A stretch of 63,947 nt of DNA, counting the filler, from Octopus bimaculoides (lineage: Eukaryota): assembly GCF_001194135.2 (NCBI RefSeq). It is 9 parts of 8 records of this genome, joined end to end, with 100 filler letters (N's around TTAATTAATTAA, not from the genome) between each part and the next. Parts side by side here need not be neighbours in the genome. Positions count along the whole stretch, not along the records: positions 17,293 to 33,557 come from NC_068986.1; positions 33,658 to 51,421 come from NC_068991.1; 7 more parts are not named here. One strand, 5' to 3'. Made by a program: the position numbers and the translations under genes. This document shows positions 28,787-40,200 of this stretch, piece after piece. Position 1 is the first letter of the stretch. Each line of letters opens with the position of its first letter. The notes below the pieces were generated by a model. The model did no database searches, was not told the origin of the DNA, and worked only from the letters and a program-made list of their open reading frames with translations.

Positions 28787-29192
28787 CAAGAGTGGCTGTG
28801 TAGTAAGTAGCTTGCTTACCAATAACATGGTTCTGGGTTCAGTCCCTCTACATGGCACCTTGTGCAAGTGTCTCCTCCTATAGACCCGGGCCCACCAAAG
28901 CCTTGTGAGTGGATTTGGTAGATGGAAACTGAAAGAAGCACGTCATATAGACACACACACATACACACATATATATGTATGTATGTGTGTGTCTGTGGTA
29001 GTCCCCCCTCCCCACAACATCGCTTCACAACTGATGTTGGTGTGTTTATGTTCCCATAACTTAGTGGTTTGGCAAAAGAGACTGACAGAATAAGTACTAT
29101 GCTTACAAAGAATAAGTCCTGGGGTCAGTTTGCTTGACAGAAGGTGGTGCTCCAGCATGGCCGCAGTTAAATGACTGAAACAAATAAAAGAA
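28787..29192 (+). mobile_element. Main SINE family, near full length
   Basis: Collinear with 821-1178. Confidence 0.9.
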
Positions 29193-29247
29193 TATATATA
29201 CATACATACATACATACATATATATACATATATACATATATATATAT

Positions 29248-29282
<35 letters not shown>

Positions 29283-29928
29283 NNNNNNNNNNNNNNNNNN
29301 NNNNNNNNNNNNNNNNNNNNNNNNNNNNNNNNNNNNNNNNNNNNNNNNNNNNNNNNNNNNNNNNNNNNNNNNNNNNNNNNNNNNNNNNNNNNNNNNNNNN
29401 NNNNNNNNNNNNNNNNNNNNNNNNNNNNNNNNNNNNNNNNNNNNNNNNNNNNNNNNNNNNNNNNNNNNNNNNNNNNNNNNNNNNNNNNNNNNNNNNNNNN
29501 NNNNNNNNNNNNNNNNNNNNNNNNNNNNNNNNNNNNNNNNNNNNNNNNNNNNNNNNNNNNNNNNNNNNNNNNNNNNNNNNNNNNNNNNNNNNNNNNNNNN
29601 NNNNNNNNNNNNNNNNNNNNNNNNNNNNNNNNNNNNNNNNNNNNNNNNNNNNNNNNNNNNNNNNNNNNNNNNNNNNNNNNNNNNNNNNNNNNNNNNNNNN
29701 NNNNNNNNNNNNNNNNNNNNNNNNNNNNNNNNNNNNNNNNNNNNNNNNNNNNNNNNNNNNNNNNNNNNNNNNNNNNNNNNNNNNNNNNNNNNNNNNNNNN
29801 NNNNNNNNNNNNNNNNNNNNNNNNNNNNNNNNNNNNNNNNNNNNNNNNNNNNNNNNNNNNNNNNNNNNNNNNNNNNNNNNNNNNNNNNNNNNNNNNNNNN
29901 NNNNNNNNNNNNNNNNNNNNNNNNNNNN

Positions 29929-29961
<33 letters not shown>

Positions 29962-30717
29962 TATACACATATATGTATGTATATTTGTTTCAAGATATAA
30001 TAGCGGACATAAGATGTTTTTATTAAAGTCTTGTATATCAAATTGTATTATATGCAATATATTATATTTATTATTTTAATATAACATGCTAATACTATCT
30101 GTGTTTGTGTTTTTTATATGTATGGAAATATCAAATAGTGTTACATCCAATCGAAATTGTCTTACAGACAGAATATTTGTCTTATGAACAGAATATTTTT
30201 GTAAAACTTTACAGTTTGATTATAATTTATCTTGTATGCATTCATGGTTCTTTGTTTGAAAAGTTGCTTTATCTTATTTGTTATTTTGCTTGTAAATAAT
30301 CTTTGTAATTAGAAAGAAATAATATTTGAAAAAGATCCTTCCCATTATTTAACAAAAGAAAAACTAGAGTCAGAGATAGTAACTTGGTCCAGCCCTGCCT
30401 CTTCCACAAGAGCTTAGGAGGAGCCTATTTGCTGGGCCCCTCACTAAAATGAAAATTTTCAGTACTCATGAATTTGAGAGATTCCTTTACTACTCTCTTA
30501 TCAAAGAACCTGAAAACAGTTTTCTTTTTCCTTGTCAAATTTCTCTTCAAGGCCCTGATTGCATGACTGCAGCTAAAAGGTTTGAGGGAGATTGATTTCA
30601 GAGTTTATCACTTGGAATATTTCCACTTTCATTCCAAAGACATCAGTCTTTTGATATTACAAAATTATTTGTAAGAAATGTAATGATTATTTATTACAAA
30701 AATCTCTCAGGCATTAG

Positions 30718-30887
30718 CAGAGAGAGAGGGGGGGAGAGAGAAAGAGAGAGCGAGAGAGAGGGGGGGGAGAAAGAGAGAGAGAGAGAGGTGAGAGAGAAAG
30801 AGAGAGAGGGGGGAGAGAAAGAGAGAGCGAGAGGGGGGGAGAACGAGAGAGGGGGGGAGAGAACGAGAGAGGGGGTGAGAGAGAGAA

Positions 30888-30925
<38 letters not shown>
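30718..30925. repeat. Degenerate (GA)n/G-rich purine tract
   Basis: Seen directly; source of the ER-rich ORF. Confidence 0.95.
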
Positions 30926-30927
<2 letters not shown>

Positions 30928-31678
30928 GTCACTATTACTTTGCAGTGTTCAAGAAAATAAATGACATGATTTGAAATAATAAGAAAGTGAAAAATCAGTT
31001 GTTTTTGTTGTTTAATTCCTCAGTTCTGATTGAGTTAATCTATGATGTGAAACATTCCAATTTTGTCCATTCCATTTTTTCTCAGTTATTTTGTATATAA
31101 AGTCATTAGGGATTGGACAAACTGCCTTCCAGTATTTAGTTACACCTTTTTTACATTAAAAGTTAAAATATTACCAAGGTCAACTTTGCCATTTATCCTT
31201 TTGCTATCAATAAAATAAAGCACCTGTCAAATTCTGAGGTTGATATTCTTTCCTTATATCTGAAGTCTCATGCTAGATATCAACATTTTACAGTATGCTA
31301 ATTTTCATGATTGCTCATGTACTATATTATACAGTCACTTAATGCACTTATATTATTGAAGTTTATACTTCACTGATGAGTTTTTAATAAGGTTGAAAAA
31401 GTCTTGATTTGTCTCTTACTAGCCAAAATTACTAAAATAGTCATTAAGATTATCATTTTCTCACTGCATAATTTTCTAATTAGATTTTTAAAAAATATCT
31501 CTCTCTATGTCAATAAATCCACACTGCTTGCTGTTATTATTATCCCATGCATAATGTCCAGCTAAGCTAAGAAATTTCTTTTGTCTTAATTGTACATCAT
31601 TCATTACTAATCCATTTATAATTTGATTTAAACTAACCCTCATAATTCATGTTTCTCGATGATCCTCAGTTGCTTTAA

Positions 31679-31895
31679 CCCTTTTGATACCAACCTGGTT
31701 GAAACCACCTCTGGTTCTGTAGTACAAATGTCTTGTTTTCATAAGTTTTGAATTAAAATCTTCCACCAAACCTTAGTCACAATTTATGTTCCTAACACTA
31801 GCTTAATGATAACTAAGTTATTTTACTAAATCTTTTGTTATATTTAAAATTAATTGAAAGAAATACAGAGCATTTCAAATACGGTAATGAAAGTG
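31679..31895. mobile_element. piggyBac-type MITE
   Basis: TTAA on both sides; imperfect TIRs cccttttgatacc / ggtaatgaaagtg. Confidence 0.65.
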
Positions 31896-31975
31896 TTAAT
31901 TTTTACTAAATTCTTTCCTTGTCTTATAATCTATGTCTTTCCATATTTGTGGCTGATGATAGTGCTGCATAACTT

Positions 31976-32075
31976 GCATCCATGCTGATGGCATACAAAA
32001 AGTAGCCACTACACCCTTGGATTGGTTGGTGTTAGGAAGGGTATTCAGCTGTAGAAATCATGCCAAACCAGATTG
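31976..32075 (+). mobile_element. 5' part of a third SINE family (with a (GAT)n tail)
   Basis: aaaagtagccactacac..ggtgttaggaagggtattcagctgtagaaa..cagattg; reverse-complement match to 53180-53245. Confidence 0.7.
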
Positions 32076-32205
32076 TTATCTAGTGAACGACATTTCGACA
32101 TCTTGTGTGTCTTCAACTGGTTCAAAAAATAAATTTGTCAATCTACTTCATTTTGGTTAATATAGAAAGGATTGAGGTAACTCCTCCTGAAGATATAGAG
32201 TCAAA

Positions 32206-32270
<65 letters not shown>

Positions 32271-32440
32271 CATTATTATTATTATTTCTCAAAATTTGTT
32301 GCAATTTTTTCTCATCTCCAATGAGATAGGGGGCTTAAAAAAGCAACAGAAAACATGGTGCTTTCCATAACATTGCAAAGACATGAAGTGAATTGCTGAA
32401 TTTGATTAGCTAAAATTACAAAAACCTTTTTGTATATTAA

Positions 32441-32675
32441 CCCTTTGCTTCTCCTGTGTATCACATGTCATACATAGGACATATTGTCCTGGTGTCCATG
32501 TATAATATATGACACACATTCCTAATTTTTTTCAGCCACTGGAGTAACTTGGGATTTTGAAAGGAAAGCTTTTTTATATTACTCAGAACGTATGACACAA
32601 GGGTTGACTAAAAGTCTGAAAACAAGCATAGTCGTTTATGATAAACTTATGAAAATGTTTTGGACAGGCAAAGGG
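32441..32675. mobile_element. piggyBac-type MITE
   Basis: TTAA on both sides; TIRs ccctttgc / gcaaaggg. Confidence 0.7.
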
Positions 32676-33049
32676 TTAATTTCTTTAAAAAGTGGTTGAG
32701 ATTTTCGTAATCGTCATGAAAAACTCTCTCTCCAGCTCTCCACTATGTAAAGGGCTGAGCAATATCACACCTGAACTACGTACAATAAGTGAAAGAAGGG
32801 AAGAAAGTGTTGTAACTGAGAATTTTGGCAGACTTCAATTTTTCATACAGAAATAATTTATTATTTGATAATTTTCAAATGAACGCTGAACAAAGTGTGT
32901 ACAAAGAAATATGTTGCTGTTGTAAATGTTAATTAATTTAAAGCATTTGCTCAAGGATGTATGTAACAAGACATAAATTAATTTAACTTCACTTACTATA
33001 TATTTTAACTGCGTAAGGTTATAGGCTGTTGAATAAATACTGACTAATG

Positions 33050-33152
33050 CAGATTGGAGCCTGGTGCAGCCTTCTGGCTTGCTAGCCCTCAGTCAAACCG
33101 TCCAGCCTATGTTAGCATGGAAAGCGGACGTTAAATGATGATGATGATAATG
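33050..33152 (+). mobile_element. 3' part of the third SINE family
   Basis: cagattggagcctggtgcagcc..tcaaaccgtcc..gcatggaaagcggacgttaaatgatgatgat; reverse-complement match to 53080-53170 and 53520-53620. Confidence 0.75.
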
Positions 33153-33193
33153 ATATATATCTATATCTATCTATCTATCTATCTGTCTATCTG

Positions 33194-33228
<35 letters not shown>

Positions 33229-33557
33229 CTTCTGACGGACGTGCTGTCACATCGGCTGCAGAGGTAAACCTTTTTTTTGACCTTATATTGCCCACATTTG
33301 TATAAAATTTTTTCATATAATCTGTGCGAAGCACCCAAGCTTCATTTGTGTATTTTTTCGAAGGGGGGAATTGGCCCCTAGGGGCAGTTCCAGCCCCGTC
33401 AAAATATAAATTTTTTTCTCGGCATTTGGAAAAATGTCGAGAAACATTGTTTTGGAATGCTGTTCCAGTCCGTTCTTCGAACATCACTTCCCTAGCCTTG
33501 GAACGCTAGATAAGAAAAAGAATGAAAACTGCACGCGTACACAAAAAGAAATTTCTA

Positions 33558-33657
33558 NNNNNNNNNNNNNNNNNNNNNNNNNNNNNNNNNNNNNNNNNNN
33601 NTTAATTAATTAANNNNNNNNNNNNNNNNNNNNNNNNNNNNNNNNNNNNNNNNNNNN
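33558..33657. other. Assembly join: N-run + TTAATTAATTAA + N-run; also at 17237, 51466, 53718, 55533, 58086, 60946 and 62776
   Basis: The same 12-mer, with stops in all six frames, always sits in the middle of an about 100-nt N block. This is an artificial spacer. Confidence 0.93.
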
Positions 33658-33683
33658 TTCATATATGTATATATATGCATATA

Positions 33684-34027
33684 TACTCTTTTACTCTTTT
33701 ACTTGTTTCAGTCATTTGACTGCGGCCATGCTGGAGCACCGCCTTTTTAGTCGAGCAACTCGACCCCAGGACTTATTCTTTGGAAGCCTAGTACTTATTC
33801 TATCGATCTCTTTTGCCGAACCGCTAAGTTACGGGGACGTAAACACACCAGCATCGGTTGTCAAGCGATGTTGGGGGACAAACACAGACACAAACATATA
33901 CACACACACACATACATATATACATATATACGACGGGCTTCTTTCAATTTCCGTCTACCAAATCCACTCACAAGGCTTTGGTCGGCCCGAGGCTATAGTA
34001 GAAGACACTTGCCCAACGTGCCACGCA
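33684..34027 (-). mobile_element. Main SINE family, reverse orientation, 5' truncated, just downstream of exon R11
   Basis: Reverse complement of the family sequence (tactcttttactc..gtcatttgactgcggccatgctggagc..). Confidence 0.9.
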
Positions 34028-34118
34028 AAACACACTTGATTGATATTTTAAGTGGCGATGAGATTTTTAGATATAAACTTTAAGAGATCCGGTCTCAAAA
34101 ACATTTTTTAAATATTAC

Positions 34119-34286
34119 CTGGAGTTATCGGTAGAGAACATTTCTTTTCAGAACACTCTACTTTCTCCTTTGACTTGCAACTGCACTTATTGCATTTATC
34201 TGAAGACATGAATATCTGCCCAAACATGTATACTTGTCCATTGTAGCTGCATGTTTTCGAGGTTTCGTTGTTCTGTTTTGTAGTTT
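34119..34286 (-). CDS. Repeat exon R11: ETTKQNNETSKTCSYNGQVYMFGQIFMSSDKCNKCSCKSKEKVECSEKKCSLPITP
   Basis: Translated by hand (absent from the ORF track). TTTCAG acceptor, TCCAG|GTAATA donor, 168 nt, six Cys. Confidence 0.9.
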
Positions 34287-37200
34287 CTGAAAGATAAGTT
34301 TTACATGAATTCAGTATGAAATGATGGATTCCCTTTCACAGATTCTGTTTAGCTTATCATACCATGATTATCATATATGAAAATTTATCGAGAATAGATG
34401 AACGTACAAGAAATTATTTTCACGATCAAGACTGATGACAAACAGGCAAAGTAAACTGGTTACTTTAGTTCTCTCTCCTCAAGGCCACATAGCAGTCCCG
34501 CTTTAAATAAAGCATATATAAATGGTCAATTTAGCGCGATGCCTGGAGAGCGCAGTTCGTAAATGATTTTGATGGCAAACGTATTAAAATGTTAAGAGGA
34601 ATCAGGGGATCAAAATCGAGATCAATACTAAATAAGAGAAAAATTGTAAATTATTTCTTAGATTTACAGTTCAGTCAAATTCTCGATAATTTTAACAATG
34701 TCATTTATATTATATTTTATTTGGATTTTTTTTCAAAACGAAATTTTTAAGCCGAAGGAAGCGAGTGTTAAAATACTGGACTACTTCTAAGTAAATCATA
34801 TTGAGTTTATATTACTTCAAAGATATTTATTGATTCACAGAAAGTAATTTGAAACACCAAATAGCAATTTCATCCCAAATTTTACCGGATGAGGAAAAGC
34901 ATTTCTCATTTGTTTAATGTCCTGAAACTGTGGAGAAGGATTTGATTTTTAAGATCCTGAATACTCAAAAATAAATTTTCCATTCTAATAATGCAATTAG
35001 TCGTTTTCTATCGTGAATGAGGAACTCAGGTAAAAGTTACCTGTCTCTAGAATATCTTGCTTACGGAAATGTACGGAAAATCCTCAAAGCATTTAATACT
35101 GCACACTATAATGAAATTCATTCAAATGCTCACTCTAGTAACAGTGAAAGCGTCATGTTAAAGATATGGTTTGAAAACGACTTTTAGTATTACCTGGAGT
35201 GGTTGAGGGAGGACATTTCTTTTCGGAACACTCTACCTTTCTATTGGACTGGCAACTGCAATTATTACATTTATCTACAGCTAAGAATATTTGCCCAAAT
35301 ATGTATATTTGACCATTGTAGTAACATTTTACGGAAAATCCGGTCACCTGTATCGTAGGTTCTGAAAGATAAGTTTTACCTGAATTCATTATGATTTAAA
35401 GACACCACGCTCCCAAAGTTTTAGTTAGTAAATCACACCGTGATTATACCTTATGATAATTTATCGGTGAGAGATGATCATATAAGAAATTATATCCTAG
35501 ATTAATACAAATAACAAACATATAAAGTGTATTGGCTACGTTGGTCCCCCATCAACAACACCAAGTAGCAAAAGAAACATGACAAAATTCCCGGAGAACT
35601 AGATGACAAAGTGCTGACTATGCATTGAAATACAACAATAGGAAACTGGAATTCAGTGTGAAAATCAATATTTATTATGAAACAGACTCCGAAGTGATGG
35701 TATTTCTCAGGTTTAAAATTCATTCTTATTTTTCAATAATTTCAATAACGTCACAGATTATTTCGTGTTAATTCAAAAAAGAACATTTTAACTGAAAGTA
35801 GTGAGTGCTAAAATCTTGGACAACTACAAATCATTGGTTTTCATTCCAATGCAAAATTTACTGGGAATAAACTGACATCGTAACTACGGATGAGGTAAGT
35901 AATTTCTAAATGATATCCTGAAACTGTAGAAGACTTGGTTTTGAAGACCCTGGACAGTGTAAAACATGTTTGTCATTCTACCGATGACAAAGGCAAATGC
36001 TATTATCGCTCTAGACAATACCAAAAGCATTTGATAATAGATGCAATAATGGAATTTATTAAAAGATTCATTTTAACAACATTGCAGAACCTTCATGTTA
36101 GAGATGAGGTGACATTTACAAGGAGGCATTGCCTAGTATCTCAAGAGTACTATGAATTACGAAAAGCCAAGTCATTAAGAAATAACCATATATTATACAT
36201 TAAATTTGAAGTTGTAAGATCACTGATGACTTCTATTTTCTTAATATTGGTTTCGAAACATTATTGTCTGGTTCACAAAACTTCTATTCCAATCCCAATA
36301 CTATTCTCCAAATTCCTATATCAGATGCGTTAGAAACTAAAAAAAGTAAAACAGTGAAAGCGATTAGATTCTCAAGTTCTTTATGCACAGTTTCTATAAA
36401 TCTTATAGAACTTAAGGATCTGGAAATTCATATGTGAAGGACAGTTTTCTAAGCATTACGAGAGATGTTACCAATAAAACCACGTTACTGTGTCTATCTG
36501 AAAATTTATGAAAAATATAATGTCCCAGCTTAATTTCATTTAATCATAAGCAATGTCGATGACATATATAACGTACAGTAGATCTGGTATGAAAGCAACT
36601 TTTATTGTTACCTGGAGTTACTGAGGAAGGACATGTCTTTTTTGTACAATCTACTTCTCCTTTGGGCTTGCAACTGCACTGATTACATTTATCTACAGCT
36701 ACGAATACCTGCCCAGCTATGTACACTTGACCATTGTACTTGCATTTTGAGGAAGTGTCGTTCTTTAGTGTAGCTCCTGAAAGATTAGTTTAACACGAAT
36801 TCAGTATGAAGCGAAATTTGGTTAGTAAATCACAATGTAATTATGATATATGATAATTTATCGATGAAAAGATGATTATATAAGAAATAATTTCCTCGAT
36901 CAATACACACGGAGTATATTGCTTACTTTGGTCCCACACCTCAAAGGCCATGTAACAGAAGAGACATATAAATAGTTAATTTGACGAGATGCCCTGGGAG
37001 CCAATTTTCTTATAGATGACATAGACAACAAAGTACTGACTATGCATTGAAATACATTGATAGGGGATGGGGATTCAGTGTCAAGATCAAATAATTCTAT
37101 TCCTCAGATTTACAAGTCACTCTTATTTTTCAATAACGTCAATAATGTCGTTTATGCTAATTTCGAAGATATTCAAACTAGAACATTTTTAAACTGAATG

Positions 37201-40200
37201 TAGTGAGCGCTAAAATATTGGCCATCTAGTAATCATTAGTGTTCTTTCTGCTGAAAAAGTTACTGGCAATAAATGGACATCGTAACTACAGATGAGGAAT
37301 GTTTCAGGACATCAAAGGAATATCCTGAAACTTGAGAAAAACTAGATTTTGGAGATCGTGGACACTGTAAAATATATTTGTCATTCTAATAAAATGATTG
37401 TTAGTTTTCTGTCATGAGCAAGAAATAAACATATACTGTTACACCACTAAAATGACTTGGTTATATAATGCTTCAGATACGAGGGTCGGCTGGAAAGTTC
37501 ATAACTTAACCAAGATATTCTCATCGAATGTGACCAAATGAGGTTTATTTTTCAACATAGCTCCTTTTTTGGTTCACACACTTCTTTCATCGGTGTTGTA
37601 GTGCTTCGAACCCAATGGTGAAGAAGCTTGCCTCCTATTGCTAAAAAAAGTCATCAGTAACAGATATGATGTCACCATGACTGCGATACAGGTTAGCAGC
37701 CAAGTGTTCTTTCATGTTGGGGAGCAGATAATGGTAAGATGGGGCCAAATTAGGAGAATAGGGAGGGTAATCAACCAGTCCAAAGCCACAATTGGCACAG
37801 CAGCCATTGAAACCAAGCACTTGTGTACTGGGGCATTGTCTCAATGAAACAAAACCCCTTTCGTTAGTTTTCCTGGTCGTTTGGTCTTGAGAGTCTTTCG
37901 TAACTCCCTCAGCAAGTTGGCATAATACTATTCATTGATAATATGGCCCTTTTAAAGACAGTCAATAAACACAATGCCTTTTGCATTCCAAAAAACTGAG
38001 GCCATCAACTTTCCTGCAGATGAAATTACATTGGCCTTCTTTGGAGCAGGTGAGAAGGGGTGTTTTCATTGCATGGATTGTCTCTTTGTCTCTCGTTCAA
38101 AGTGATGAAGACAAAACTCATCCTCGGTAGGAAACGTTCAAGGAAACCGGCTAGATACGCCTGAAGCAATGTCAGATTTTCCCGTAATGTGATCACCCTG
38201 GTGCGCCTTTGATCCGGTGTCAGAAGACGTAGCACCCAACGAGCAGAAACCTACGTCATGCCAAGTTCATCGTGCAGAATATTCTCAACTCTCTTATACG
38301 ATTATGCTAATAGCATTGGCTATTTGATTTATAGTCTGTCGCCCGTCATCCATCAGCATGTAGTGAATACGATCAATCTTTTCCTCGATGCTGGCAGTTG
38401 CAGGACGTCCAAACCTTGGGTCATCTTCAAGAGTCTCTGTTAACCCCCTTAATTTAGCAGTTCACTTTTGCATTGTTGATAAAGCTGGAGTGTCATTCCT
38501 TTATGTAGCAAGCATGTCAACATGAATGTCATTAGGCGCTAAATCCTTTTTCTGCAGGTACTTGATGGCACCACGATGCCAAATTTTGTGGATTTTCAAG
38601 AGAGGTCACTATTAGCTACTTTTGAAGCCCTCAATCTTTGAAGTATCAGATATCAGTTTATCTAGAAAGAAACAATGCAGTTATTAATAAGAAGAGTTGG
38701 AATTAATGTATGCAAGATTTCACAGTTCTGGCATCACTCCTTCATAGTCAGCCTATGAACGTTTCAGCCCACCGTCATAAACATTTCAAGACAGTACCAA
38801 AAGCATTTGATACTGCACACGATTATAGAATTCAAGAACATTTCGTAACCATCTTGTTAAAGATTAACTTTGTTTCGCTCACAAAACCTCTATCCCAATT
38901 TAAATATTATTCCCACAAATCGTAAATCTGAAGTGTTTGTATTTAAAGAAAGAAACAGAATGAAAGCAATGTAGTTCGTTAGTTGTTTACGCACAATCGT
39001 AATAAATAACATATTACTGAAGAATCTGAAAAGACATACTTGTAGGACAATTTTATAATCATTATCAGAGATGTTACCAATAAAACCGTGACATTGTACC
39101 TAATCTATTTTAAAATTCATACAAAAATACACAAGACTCAGCTTAATTTCATTTAACATAAACAATGCCGATGGATTTTAAGATATAATGTTCAGTACAT
39201 CCGGCTTGAAAGCATTATTTATTATTACCTGGAGTCAATGCAGCGAGCTGGCAGAATCAATAGCACGCCAGGCAAAATACTGAGCAGCATTTAATCCGTC
39301 TTTACGCTCTGATTTCAAATTTCGGCTAGGTCGACTTCACCTTTCACCCTTTTGGGGTCGATAAAATAGGTACCGGGTCGATGTAATCTACTAGCTCTTC
39401 CCTGAAAAATTTCAGGCATTGTGCCTTTCGTAGAAAGGATTATTACCTGGAGTTGAGGTGGTGAGCTGGCAGAATAGTTATCACGCCGGAAAAATACTTA
39501 GAGGCATTTCTTCTCTCTCATTACGTTCTGAGTCTGAGTTCAAATGCTGTTGAGGTGGACTTTTGTCTTTCATCCTTTCGGTGTCGATAAAATCGGTACC
39601 AGTTGAGCACTGAGGTCGATTTTATCGACTATCCCCAACCCTAAAATTTCAGGCCTTGTGACTATAGTAGAAAGTATTATTACCTACAGCTGTTGTGGAA
39701 GAACATTTCCTTTCGGTGCACTCTACTTTTCCTTTGAACTTGCAACTGCACTGATTACATTTGTCTACAGCCACGAATATCTGTCCAAGTATGTACATTT
39801 TCCCATTGTAATAGCATTTTGAGGAAGTTGTAGTTTCTGAAAGCAGAGATGTGACCAGTAAAATCACGTCACTGTAACTATTTTAAAATTCATGCAAAAT
39901 ATAAATGTCCCAGCGTAATTTCATTTAATAATAAGCAATGTCAATGACATTTAACATATTAATATACAATAGATCTGGTATGAAAGCAACTTTTATTTTT
40001 ACCTGGAGTTGTTGAGGGAGGACATTTCTTTTTTGTACACTCTACTTTTCCTTTGGACTTGCAACTGCACTTATTACATTTATCTACGGCTAGGAATATA
40101 TCCCCAAATAGGTGTATTTCTGCATGGTAGTAGCATTTTGAGGAAGTGTCGTCCTTCTTTGATGTGGTTTCTAAAAGGTAAGTTTTACACGAATTCCATG

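Noticed and set aside
33602-33613. TTAATTAATTAA as a biological motif or PacI-like site
   Set aside because: It is always centred in an about 100-nt N block; this is an assembly spacer.
35935-36333. Plus-strand ORF in the intron unit, with paralogous ORFs at 46539-46802 and 50190-50384 and minus-strand ORFs at 42432-42653 and 45125-45355
   Set aside because: The frame is not preserved among paralogous introns (stops and frameshifts at different places), and there is no recognisable domain.
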